Assembly (NCBI GenBank): GCA_030141605.1
Contig: JAQGDQ010000162.1
Span: forward strand, 248,001 to 312,000
Direction: 5' to 3'
Length of the DNA stretch: 64,000 nt
Origin: Tubiluchus corallicola
Taxonomy: Eukaryota > Animalia > Priapulida
Positions 14,701-25,304 of this stretch are shown piece by piece (position 1 is the stretch's first letter; each line of letters opens with the position of its first letter). Made by a program: the position numbers and the translations under genes. The notes beneath the pieces are model-generated. The model saw nothing but the letters and a program-made list of their open reading frames with translations, did not search any database and was not told the DNA's origin.

Positions 14701-16770
14701 AATTAACTCATATGAAAACAGGACAGACAATCTACTGACATAATTAATTTTTGCCACTATGCACAATGCACAATACTCACGTCAGTTATAAAAACTCCGA
14801 CGCACTGCACTATATAAGGACAATCGTGGCTTTTTAAAACCACCTCTAGATCCATAATGATCCGCTTATTTTCTTCTTTATTCCCAGACCTCCTCATTTG
14901 CTGTAAAGCAAAATAACACATCAAACGTAATAATCATTTTCCGTTGTAATAAGCCTTTTCATATTTTCTGTGCGCATGCATAGTTGCTACATAATGCATC
15001 ATAAAATCGCAATTTATTACATTTTGCCTGGTTTTAAAGTTTATTTTAAAGACAAAAGATATAGTTGTGACAGTGCTACGTATTCGACAAGTTTGCCAGA
15101 TAGAGAAAAATGTATATGATTAAGAGGTTCAGATTTTCAAATTCAGAGTTTGGAGACTACGCAAGCAGTTTAATGATCACACACCAGCACAAGAGTTCAG
15201 GATTTTCACTAATACCTTGACGGCTATTACTTGACCACTAGGTTTGTGCCTCATTTTAACTACATGACCACAAGTCCCATTTCCCAGCTCTCCCAGGAAT
15301 TCCAAGTCTGCAATGTCAGCATTATACTTCTAGAAACAAAAATTAAAACTGGCTTAGACAATAGACATACATAATAAGATTATGCTGTGGACAAAAGCCT
15401 ATCTGAAAAAAGAAAGCTATTGACCAGGGATGTGTCGATCCAATATATAGTAGAGATCGGTAAGCAAACTAGCATGTTGGAACAGATCGGAGATGAGGCC
15501 CGACACAATGCTATAATATCGGCAATATGAACGAGTTTCTCCTAGAATAAATTTCCACTTTGATTACACTTGAATTAAACATTGATTGAGCCTTCTGAAC
15601 AGCGCCTAATCAATGCAATAGACATTTACGGTCAATAATTTGAGCAGTTTCTTCAAAAATTCTATTTCGTTTTCACCATGCCATTGGCGTACAAGTGCTG
15701 CAATTTTTAAGTGTTGAGCGAGCCTCAAAAAGTACGAGTTTGAACAAAAAGGGTGTTTCATACACGAAAAACGCAAACATTTTCAATTTCAAGCTCTGTG
15801 CCTATGAGGTCATTACCAATGTATCACGTGTTTCTCTCGCATCTACAATTTTACACAAAACATCATCGCTAGTTACTTCTTTCACCGCAAGTTCATTTTA
15901 TATGCGACTAAAAACCTAATAATTGCTATTGGGAGTGAAATATGTTGTTGAAATAAATTATACGAAGCTTTACAAAGACAAACTGAATGTACTAATAATA
16001 AAACAGTAACTATAATCACAAAACTAGTACACAATTTGTACTTCATAGAAGGACAAAAATGTCACAATTATGATATACAGCTAATGAAAATTGCGAGCAA
16101 AAAAAGTTACGAGCGATTAGAGTCACTGTATGGTTATATATTTATAATGGAACAAGCTTTTAATTTTGCTAATGGATGAAAAAACACTGTGGAACATGTG
16201 GAAATTAAAACTTGTACAGAATATTACAATTCGTCATGAGTACTCGTCTGGGTTACTAAGAAATACCTGATTTCCATGGCAAGTCAAAATTGCTGTATGT
16301 TCCATAATTTCCTTTAATTTCTTATCTATGTCAATGTTGTCAGGCGCACGTTGAGGCAGCTGCCATTGAAAACCAGTGGGAGGCTTTCGTCTTGATTGAG
16401 GTGACGGGGCAGAGCTTGACCGGCCATACTGTTGTGGTAACATAGCTGAAACAAAATCAACTGACAATTAATGCAACATTGTAAAGACAAGTAAGCATAA
16501 TTAAAATGCACGTATAAAAAAACAAGCCTTAGCCCTGCTATTACTATGAAACAGTAAATACGAATTTATCTTTAACTTAAATTAATGATCCAAAAAGGTT
16601 TGTAACACAAACTTACTCGGCCTTTGTCGCCGCGGACTGCCATGAACGTCTAACGGTAAACATCTGTTATTCTTTTCGCGTTTTAAGGAGTCATTTTCAG
16701 CTTTTAAACGAGCTTCTATTTTACTTAATTTGTTGTGTACAGTTTGTGTAGTCGACGCCATGCTAGACAT
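8795..16770 (-). CDS. MAP2K7: Dual-specificity MAP kinase kinase 7 (MKK7/hemipterous orthologue), 9 coding exons, ~418 aa
   Basis: Exons 16617-16770, 16267-16445, 15216-15329, 14781-14900, 14013-14120, 12730-12909, 10649-10729, 9429-9571 and 8795-8972 are all GT-AG and in phase (1257 nt). Motifs [70 protein letters not shown] (MKK7-type SKAKT activation loop). Confidence 0.96.
11586..12439. mobile_element. Non-autonomous pogo/Tigger-like DNA element, copy 2 (MAP2K7 intron)
   Basis: TA|CAGTA....CTTAATAGACTCA ... TGAGTCTATTAAGCAGTGCCTACTG|TA: TIRs with TA TSD. Inverted relative to 1167-2398. Confidence 0.8.
13028..13634. mobile_element. Non-autonomous hAT element, family A copy 1
   Basis: CAGAGGCATAGCAAG...CTTGTTTGTGCCACTG termini, perfect 8-bp TSD CTTAGACA. 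Internal sequence shared with 41603-42251 and 24975-25174. Confidence 0.85.
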
Positions 16771-16979
16771 CCTGAAATTTCTTACGTATTTGCGTAAACT
16801 TAAAAGTTGATTCGCAACGTTTAAAATTAAATAAGCCGGTAAAGCGCTTTTATTAACTGTTTAAACTGTGCAAGTTGCACTTTATTCTACATGCACTGAA
16901 GCCGTAAAATACTAACCGTATCTTAAAATTAAGGAAATTGTATTCGTAAGTACCTTTTACTTAATCAACTACTGTTTTT

Positions 16980-17020
16980 TAATTTGGCTTCTGACGTCAC
17001 AACCTTCCGACACGTGACAT
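16980..17020. promoter_or_regulatory. Candidate bidirectional core promoter (CRE, ETS-like and E-box motifs)
   Basis: TGACGTCA 16992-16999, CTTCCG 17004-17009 and CACGTG 17011-17016 cluster between the MAP2K7 start (-) and candidate + strand leader exons. Confidence 0.55.
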
Positions 17021-17039
17021 ATTCTACTGTACTACCAGT

Positions 17040-17388
17040 ACAGCAGTCCAACGCAGCATGATGGTTGCATAATAATTATCATTTTCTTGATCTTGACAAG
17101 GTAGAGGGTAGTTTGCTTTATTGTATTATTATTATTTTTTGTTATTTTGCTGCAAGTGTTTTTAGTTGTTTATGACTGTTTTTAGATTTTCCAACCCCGC
17201 CTCACATGCACAGTGATTGACGAACTGAAAGTGAAACATTCTTTGAAGTTTTGAGATTTTATTGCTGAACAAAGAAACAACTTTCCTGTTCGGCAAACAA
17301 AGAATTTGTTGTTACTGAGCCGTTCTGATGTTTAGAAGTTAGAATCAAGAGTTATCGGAAAAGCTATCGAGGCAAGCAATAATTTAAA
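17040..17388 (+). other. Candidate non-coding 5' leader exons of the ENGase unit
   Basis: Donor AAG|GTAGAG at 17101, T-rich 85-nt intron ending TTTTTAG at 17185, exon 17186-17388 ending AAA|GTAAGT. Only very short uORFs. Confidence 0.5.
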
Positions 17389-19761
17389 GTAAGTAAAATT
17401 CTATTAAATATGAACTGTTATACTGTTAAATATAATTTCACACATAGCAGTAAGGAAAATATACTTTGTGTTTAGGTTTCAATATGTCTGTGTTATTATT
17501 TATATTAAGTGCATATACCCACTGTTTTTAAACCAAGAGGATTTGTCAAATGGCCATAATTGACGATTGCCGGGAAAATAGTTTCTTGGCATTTTCATTT
17601 GCCAAAGGCTATTTTTCTCTTTGTTTGAAGATTTATACACAACTGAACATGACTAATACACTACTGGTGGTATTTTATTAATTTGACAAGGTTTTCTTTT
17701 ACAATGACAAAGATTCCGGTCTTACCACAAGGATACAACATTAGGAATGCTCTGCCATAGTGTGCCGAATGTCAGTGAATGACCCTCAGTGGTGTAGGGC
17801 TATCTGATTTCATTTGACGTAATGACATGTTATAACAACATATGTTGTTTGTAACGTCTTGTTCTATCCTGTCTGAAAACCACAGCAGTAATATCTTTAT
17901 GTGGTTGTCTAAAAGCAAGTATACTTACATACAAACTTTTTCAAAGCCTTCAAGCTTCATATGTTGGAAAGACTTCTAGATGGACATTTGGCTAAGCATA
18001 AGGAAATTACTCCATTACTCGATAATATGATCAGTTTCTAGCCAATAGGGCAAGTGCCAGCTTTATAATCAGTTAGTAAATTGAATTTTCTGATATAGCT
18101 AAAATACATTTAAATTTAATTTATTCTAAAGTAAAAGCCCAAATTATTTTCACGTATTGTTTTGGACTGTAACAATTTAACCTATAATGCTCATACTATA
18201 GCTTTCGTACAAGGAGACCATTAAATTCCTTTCTACCAAATTGTCTGGGTTTATGTAAAATTACATCAAACGACCGAATTACAATGGGGTAGAATCGTTC
18301 CCAGAAACGTTTTTGGCCAGAAAACTTTCCCAGAAAATGTAATAAATCCGTTTTAAAGCATAGTTAGATGATGTTAAATAAAAGTACATGTGTATTGATT
18401 AATACTGATTATATGATAAGCAAATTTGGTCAACTCGTTAAGGCAAGAAAGTAGATTTGTAACGTCAGAACGATTATATAGCAAATCATGTTGATCTTTG
18501 CATATACGCAATAGTGAGTAATCATGGCGTGTGATTGGTTACCGAAGTGAAACATTGTTGAGCCTGTCAACTTGTTAGTTGTGTGACTGCTTAGGAATCT
18601 CACTTTGGACAGTTCCTGTCACTGTTATGCTGAATTATTTTGCTGATTTACGGCGGATATACGTGCATCTGATTGAGACTGTGACACATCTGCCTGTTCA
18701 ATATTTCATCTCAGGTCCTGCCATAAAAGAATCTGTAAGAAAATCTTGTGAAGGATAATTTCTTGGACAAATTTAGACTCCAACATAAGGCTCGGTGTTT
18801 TCATGTTTCTTAAACTTTTTTTCAAATCCTTTGAAAGTAAATTAAATATGAGGTGATTGTATGGCAAATTGATTCTAATTTAATGCTAAATTTGTTACAA
18901 AGCAAAACATTTTTCAAAAAAATTTAAAACAAGACTGACTGCTGAAACAGAAGTTGGTCTTGAACTTATTTCTCAACATTGTGCTTTGAAAAAAAAACAT
19001 GAAGGCTTTACCCTACTAAAACAGCAGATTTTGCAACTACAATTTTTCTGTTAAAAAATGTTTCTGGGAAATACTTTTTCTGTGAAAAGAGTTTTCTAGG
19101 AAAAATATTTACTGACAATTTTTTTCTGGTAAGCTGTTTTTCTGGGACATGTCTTCTGGAAAACCTGCCTAAATAATCACAATTGCTAAAGCGAATTTTA
19201 TTTTTGCAACTTTACTCACGTTTTTAATCGGCCTTCAATGTTTTAACATGAATTTGCATGTGTGGGCCCAAAAGGGTGTTTTTATTTGCTATACATAGTT
19301 TAATGTTTTTATTAATGAGTTTTTGCATTCTAAGTTTTGCTATTCCATGCATTGGTTGGCTCAGAAAAACTTGCTTAATTTTGTTCTTGGTTTTTGACAT
19401 TACCAGATCGACAATCTGTCCACATGGCAAATTTAGAAATTGTATAAATGTGCTATAGCTAGTTTGTAATATCTGAAAATAGAATTGCATTATGTATCTA
19501 ACATACCAGCAGAAATGAGCAGGTATGATGTTACAGGCTAAAGCGGAATAACCAAGTGGTTATGGTGTTTGCAGAGTGCCAAACCTTACAATAGTCCCAG
19601 TTTGCCTCAAATTCTGGCATTACTCCAATAACTTTAAGAGGTAATGAGCTATGAAAACAAGTGTAGTTTTTTTGGGCCACCCTGAATGTTAATTAAATTT
19701 TCAAATACATGTCGATGCTTGGATTTGCAGTTGTGGCTGTTGTAAGTTTCTTATATGCAAC

Positions 19762-21744
19762 ATGAATAACCTCAAATGCACGCCGTTTGTCAGTCTGCAA
19801 GAAGTGAACTCTTGGCTTCCAGGAAGTAACCCTCTTTGGGTTGCAAAGGAGCCCTTCAGGGCATGTAAGTGTGATGCAACACAAAGGCCAAAGACTCTTA
19901 TCTGTCATGATTTGGGCGGGAACTACAAGGAAGACAGCTTCGTACAAGGGTCAGCGGATACGGATGTTTATACGTTATACCATTGGAATATAGTAGACAT
20001 CTTTGTATATTTTAGCCACAGTTTTGTAACATTGCCACCACCAACATGGACAAATGCTGCTCACAGACACGGTGTCAAATGCCTGGGTACGGTGATAACC
20101 GAAGGTTGGATTGACGGAACCAGCCTGTGTCAACGATTTCTTGAATCGAGAGAAGTGGCAGAACAATTTGCAAACAAACTAGTTGAAATAGCATCTTACT
20201 ACAACTTCGATGGTTGGCTGTTTAACATTGAAAATGCTTTAAATTCAGCTCAGGTACAATTACTTGTTCATCTTCTTCGCTATTTAGGTGCGGAATTGCA
20301 CAGAAGAATTCCTCATGGACTGCTCTTGTGGTATGATAGTGTAATTGTTGAAGGCGCCTTGGATTGGCAAAATGAGTTGAATAATTTAAATCAGTTATTT
20401 TTTTCCTCCACAGATGGGATATTTCTAAATTATACATGGAACAGAGAAAACCTGTCAAAGACACGCGATTTTGCTGCTAGTCGAGTCTGTGATGTTTATG
20501 TAGGTATTGACGTGTGGGGTCGAGGCCAGTTTGGTGGGGGTGGATTCAACACAAATCTTGCTCTTGAAGTCGTACGAGAGTTTGGTTTATCTGCAGCCAT
20601 TTTTGCCCCAGCTTGGACTTTTGAGAAGCTCGGATATGAACAGTTTGAAATCAATAATAATTTTTTCTGGTCTATGCTACTTCCGCTGTGTTACACACAC
20701 AGGGTTGAACGCTCATCCTTTGCCACGTCTTTCTGCAAGGGCTCCGGCAAGCGGCTCTATTGGAATGGGATAGTTATTCATCCTCGCCCATGGTTCCATC
20801 TTTCACTCCAACAGATTCAGCCAGTTAGCTATGGAATATCTTCTGATGGCCAAGCAGACATAACCTTCTGTGCTGTCGATGGATTTTGCGGTGGTGGATG
20901 TTTGCAAATACGAGGAACTACCTGCCCTGGCAATCCAGCCAACATAGCTCTTTTCACTTCATCCATTTCATGTAGACCACAATTTCTAGTCGTGTATACT
21001 TTTAAAGCCCTACTTTTGGACTCGGTCCACTTTGCTTTAGAAATCCACACCAGAAAAACCGTTCCTTTTAGAAACAATGTGTTTCAGCTTCCAGCATTAA
21101 ATGGAAATGGTGACAGTGATCAGAATATTTACAGTACTTTAACAGATGACGATTCGTGGCTTCAGCAAGCTGCCAAATTAGATAAATCATTAAGCAGCTC
21201 GTTCCTGAAAACATCTGGTTGGACAACCAGAGTGTTTCTAATACGTAAAGATGTGGGTGACATTACTGATATCAGTGTGTTAATCAAACCCACTGAAAAC
21301 CGTGAAGTGCCGTTTTGGTTGCTATTTGGTCAGCTAAAGATATTTGCTGCAGAAGATTTGTACCGACAATTGCCTGTGTCTGAGTATTTGGTTAAGAATG
21401 TATCTGTAAGAAAAGTTGAAAAAACATTTCATACTAAAGCCAATCCATACAATTCCGACATGACGTTGTGGAATAGTTTGGATTTAACACTTGAATGGAC
21501 ATATTCTGTCGAGAATTTTGACCATTTCCGTGTTTACCAGATTGACAGTACCCACAGGACATCACATTTGCTAGGATTTGCACACACGTGTATGTTTGAA
21601 GTTGTCAAGTTGTACATACCCGATGATTGCCAAAGAGTTACTTTTGTGGTGCAGCCAGTATGCCATTTGTTACTTGCCGTACCTCTGCAAGATTGCACAG
21701 GTATTGATGTTGATCTAACCAGTGACAAGGTAGCACGATTGTAG
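19762..21744 (+). CDS. ENGASE: Cytosolic endo-beta-N-acetylglucosaminidase (GH85), intron-free CDS, 660 aa
   Basis: PKTLICHDLGGNY, DIFVYFSH..VTLPPPTWTNAAHRHGV..LGT, FDGWLFNIEN (catalytic Glu), WYDSV, DGIFLNYTW, VYVGIDVWGRG, SAAIFAPAW. Acceptor TTTGCAG at 19730. Confidence 0.95.
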   Translation: MNNLKCTPFVSLQEVNSWLPGSNPLWVAKEPFRACKCDATQRPKTLICHDLGGNYKEDSFVQGSADTDVYTLYHWNIVDIFVYFSHSFVTLPPPTWTNAAHRHGVKCLGTVITEGWIDGTSLCQRFLESREVAEQFANKLVEIASYYNFDGWLFNIENALNSAQVQLLVHLLRYLGAELHRRIPHGLLLWYDSVIVEGALDWQNELNNLNQLFFSSTDGIFLNYTWNRENLSKTRDFAASRVCDVYVGIDVWGRGQFGGGGFNTNLALEVVREFGLSAAIFAPAWTFEKLGYEQFEINNNFFWSMLLPLCYTHRVERSSFATSFCKGSGKRLYWNGIVIHPRPWFHLSLQQIQPVSYGISSDGQADITFCAVDGFCGGGCLQIRGTTCPGNPANIALFTSSISCRPQFLVVYTFKALLLDSVHFALEIHTRKTVPFRNNVFQLPALNGNGDSDQNIYSTLTDDDSWLQQAAKLDKSLSSSFLKTSGWTTRVFLIRKDVGDITDISVLIKPTENREVPFWLLFGQLKIFAAEDLYRQLPVSEYLVKNVSVRKVEKTFHTKANPYNSDMTLWNSLDLTLEWTYSVENFDHFRVYQIDSTHRTSHLLGFAHTCMFEVVKLYIPDDCQRVTFVVQPVCHLLLAVPLQDCTGIDVDLTSDKVARL

Positions 21745-22627
21745 GTAACTGTGGCAAACATTCCGCATTGGACATAAGAGCCTTTATTTTGCCTTTTGAG
21801 AACTGAATGTTATTTTAGACTTATGTCTTGTCATGTTACTTACTGGCTAGCTGAATGTTTATGTAGGCGTGTGTGTGAAAGCTTATATAGATGACCATCT
21901 CACTGTTAGCTTTAGAGCAGCACTTGATTGAGATGTTTGTGAACTATAAACACTTTGTTTTATTGTGATTTTTTTGTCGTTATGCAATTAAGAGCAAATT
22001 TGGTTCGAAAGAGACAATTTACTAGCAAATTAGCTAGATTGTAGCAGTTACTGTGCCTATCCAACATCATTAATGTTATTGTTAGTTTCTATATAGTGAC
22101 ATGTTGTCTTTTTGCATTTTTTGGATAAGGTAGTCTTCTTATGTGGATTAACACTGTTTCTGCATTGTGACAAATTATGATGTTTACCTCATCAGAAAGC
22201 CTATTTTAATATGACTGTCTCAACTAGGCAAATAATTTATGTTTGCATCACTGGATGCCTTAGGACTTCTCTTGAAGAATGTAGTAGACTCAGTGAGCTA
22301 ATTACGAAATTATTAATTAATAGATTACATGGATAAACCATAATTATTTATAAAGAATGTATCTATTCTACGTTTAAATATGTCTACATATCATCTTACG
22401 TCATATCATTATAAAATTTTGATAATTGGTAACGAACGATTTAAATCAAATGCATTTGAATAAAAGTACATTAAACAGAATAAAGCTTCAGTTTAGTGAT
22501 TATTTTAACCACATTTCTTAAGGCACATAACTTAGCTTTATTGAAAAAGTGCTGAATGCTGTCAATGCAATGACGTGTTTGTTGCCTGCGGTGAAATTTT
22601 AAAGCCTTATTTATTTTTGCATATCTG

Positions 22628-22757
22628 ATTGTTTTTAAATACCTAGACATATAGGGAAAGCACTTATATTGGCAATGTCATGACACTCTCACATTGTTTT
22701 TAAATACCTAGACATATAGGGAAAGCACTTATATTGGCAATGTCATGACACTCTCAC
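22628..22757. repeat. 65-bp perfect direct duplication
   Basis: ATTGTTTTTAAATACCTAGAC...GACACTCTCAC starts at 22628 and 22693. Confidence 0.9.
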
Positions 22758-22844
22758 ACTTACATTATTATAAATCAACATAGTCTGTATCGTTAATTTT
22801 CGTCAGCTTTAGTTTCAAAGTTCTGTACTCTTTCGCAGAAAGAC

Positions 22845-24329
22845 ATGGCACCGAGCGAATGTAAGAAACTGCAAGGCTATGACTTCTGGAAAAAGTGTCT
22901 CAACTCATGCAAGTACATACTTGCTCCGATGGTGGATCACAGTGAGCTAGCATGGAGGATGCTTAGTCGAAGATATGGTGCACAGTTGTGTTACAGCCCA
23001 ATGTACCATGCCTCTGTCTTCTGCAAGGATGCCCGTTATAGAGAAGAGGCCTTGCAGACTTGTGTGCACGATAAGCCCCTCATCATACAGTTTTGCGCAA
23101 ACAATCCAGATGTGTTTGTCGAAGCTGCCAAGCTAGCACAAGATCACTGTGATGGCATTGACTTGAATCTTGGTTGTCCACAAGCAATTGCAAAGAAAGG
23201 ACACTATGGTGCATTCTTGCAAGATGAGTGGGAGCTCGTGTCGAGCTTAGTGAGAGTTATCCACGAAAATATAAAAGTACCCGTGTCGTGCAAAATTAGA
23301 ATCTTCACCGAAATTGACAAAACTGTGGCGTACGCTCAAATGTTAGAACGCGCTGGTGCACAGCTGCTAACTGTGCATGGAAGGACAAGAGAACAAAGAG
23401 GGCCAGAAACAGGAGTAGCAAGTTGGGCACATATCAAAGCAGTGAAGTCTGCTGTAAATATACCTGTTTTTGCTAACGGTAACGTTCAGTATCCCGAAGA
23501 CGTTCAACTCTGTCTAGATGCAACTGGAGCCGACGGGGTCATGATTGCTGAAGGAAACCTCCACAATCCAGCATTGTTTGCAGGAATAACTCCACCGACA
23601 TGGAAGATGGCGTTTGAATATTTGAGCTTAGTTGCAAAATATCCCTGTCCACTTTCATTCGTTCGTGGTCATCTGTTCAAATTATTTTACCACACATTGC
23701 AAATCTATTCCGATCTTAGAGATGCGATGGCTACTGCTAAATCCATTGAAGAGTTGCATGTGGTAACTTCAGATATTAAAACTCAGTGTCTTAAAGATGA
23801 AGACGTGTACAAATCTGAGGACAGGTCAGACTTCCTGACAGAGTTCCATATACCACATTGGATCTGTCAGCCTTACATTAGGGTAAAACCGAATAGTTCA
23901 AAGCGGAACATTGCTGCATCGAGCAATAGTGACCAAGTTAGCAAAAGGCAAATTGAAGTGACAGAAAATGGTGTAAAACTATCGTTGAAAAAGTTGAAGC
24001 GGCTAAGACGAAATCCACACTTGAACTTCTCAGCCGAGAAGGGGAAAAAGTTTTCACCTTGCAGTATTTGCAAGAACCCAAAGGGTATCAAATGTGTATT
24101 TAGTCTTTGCAAACCCTGCTGTAGAAAGAAAACTTATCATGAGATACTAGACTGTTGCAGTCATGGTTTCATGATAAAGACAAGGAAAAGTAAATTGGAA
24201 GCAGACAATCATGCAAATGTATTGAATAACGATTTAGCAGATCTTCAAGAAGATAATCTAGAACTATCCAATAACACTGAATTGAGTAATGACCAGTACA
24301 CTATTTCTCAAGACATGGATATAACATGA
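22845..24329 (+). CDS. DUS1L: tRNA-dihydrouridine(16/17) synthase 1-like, intron-free CDS, 494 aa
   Basis: LAPMVDHSELAWR, PLIIQFCAN, IDLNLGCPQAIAKKGHYGAFL (catalytic Cys), TVHGRTREQ, ANGN, AEGNLHNPALF, W.CQPYIR, and a C-terminal Cys-rich region (CSICKNPKGIKC...CKPCC) as in animal DUS1L. Acceptor TTTCGCAG at 22838. Confidence 0.96.
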   Translation: MAPSECKKLQGYDFWKKCLNSCKYILAPMVDHSELAWRMLSRRYGAQLCYSPMYHASVFCKDARYREEALQTCVHDKPLIIQFCANNPDVFVEAAKLAQDHCDGIDLNLGCPQAIAKKGHYGAFLQDEWELVSSLVRVIHENIKVPVSCKIRIFTEIDKTVAYAQMLERAGAQLLTVHGRTREQRGPETGVASWAHIKAVKSAVNIPVFANGNVQYPEDVQLCLDATGADGVMIAEGNLHNPALFAGITPPTWKMAFEYLSLVAKYPCPLSFVRGHLFKLFYHTLQIYSDLRDAMATAKSIEELHVVTSDIKTQCLKDEDVYKSEDRSDFLTEFHIPHWICQPYIRVKPNSSKRNIAASSNSDQVSKRQIEVTENGVKLSLKKLKRLRRNPHLNFSAEKGKKFSPCSICKNPKGIKCVFSLCKPCCRKKTYHEILDCCSHGFMIKTRKSKLEADNHANVLNNDLADLQEDNLELSNNTELSNDQYTISQDMDIT

Positions 24330-24974
24330 CTTTACTGGGGAAGTTGGTAGATTACTGCTTTGACTACTAACTTAAACAAATTTTATAGTATTTATGTTAT
24401 CACAACTATGGTAACTGGCAATTTGCTACAAGCGATAACAGTCCTTGTTACTTAGTAAAGATATTTCAGGCAAAATTGTATGTAATAAACATTTTTTATT
24501 AGAGGTTGGTGATTTTTTTTTGATATTATGTTGTACTTCTTGTACTAAATCATGTAAGACTTACTACACTACATTTTTTGCTACATTTGAGCAGCAGTGG
24601 AATGATTTGAACTAACAATTTTTAAATTTTTTAAGGAAGTGGACCCATGAAATAATTGTTACAAAAAATGTACTTGAAGTACCAATGTCCAAATTCACAA
24701 AAGTTTAAAATTAAGAATTAACAATCTATTTAAATAAATCTTTTCACAGAAACCATTAGTGAGTGTCCCTTTTTATTTTTCTGTTAGCTTTTACCAGGAG
24801 TTTAAACATAGGAATAACTCTGGTCGTCGCACATGTATTATATTGTTTGTTAGTAGTTATTAGTCTGGTGTTATATTTGTCAGTCAAAAGTGATTGCACC
24901 ATGTACTGGATTATCACTAGTGTTAGCATCGGATGTAGTGAAAGTACTCTCACTGACTGTCATTGTTATTAATA

Positions 24975-25174
24975 CAGAGGCATAGAAAAGAGTTATTCAG
25001 GTGCAGTACTGCAAATTAAACTCAGGGTCATTCTTATCCCATTATGTCAAAAAAGGAAAGTCAGGTTCGGGACGCAAAAAGTGCGCACAATTTGTGGCTT
25101 CACCCACGAATCACATGATCAAAATATTAAAAGGGTAGGATGCCAGAAACTTCTTTTAATTCCGAGTGCCACTG
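24975..25174. mobile_element. Internally deleted hAT element, family A copy 3
   Basis: CAGAGGCATAG...GTGCCACTG, flanks TATTAATA/TATTAATG. Sequence matches the 3' part of 13028-13634. Confidence 0.8.
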
Positions 25175-25304
25175 TATTAATGTGAACTAGTTAGATAATT
25201 TTTCATTAATGGTTATCAATAATAAAATTGTACATGCACTTATACTAGTTAGGTGATATCAACTGTGTTTGTTTGAATTATGCCAGGAAGTCTTAGGAAC
25301 AACC

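Noticed and set aside
17768-17822. Hairpin with ATGA...CTGA resembling a SECIS or C/D box RNA
   Set aside because: No apical AA at SECIS spacing, no upstream TGA-containing ORF, and the boxes are too close together for a C/D snoRNA.
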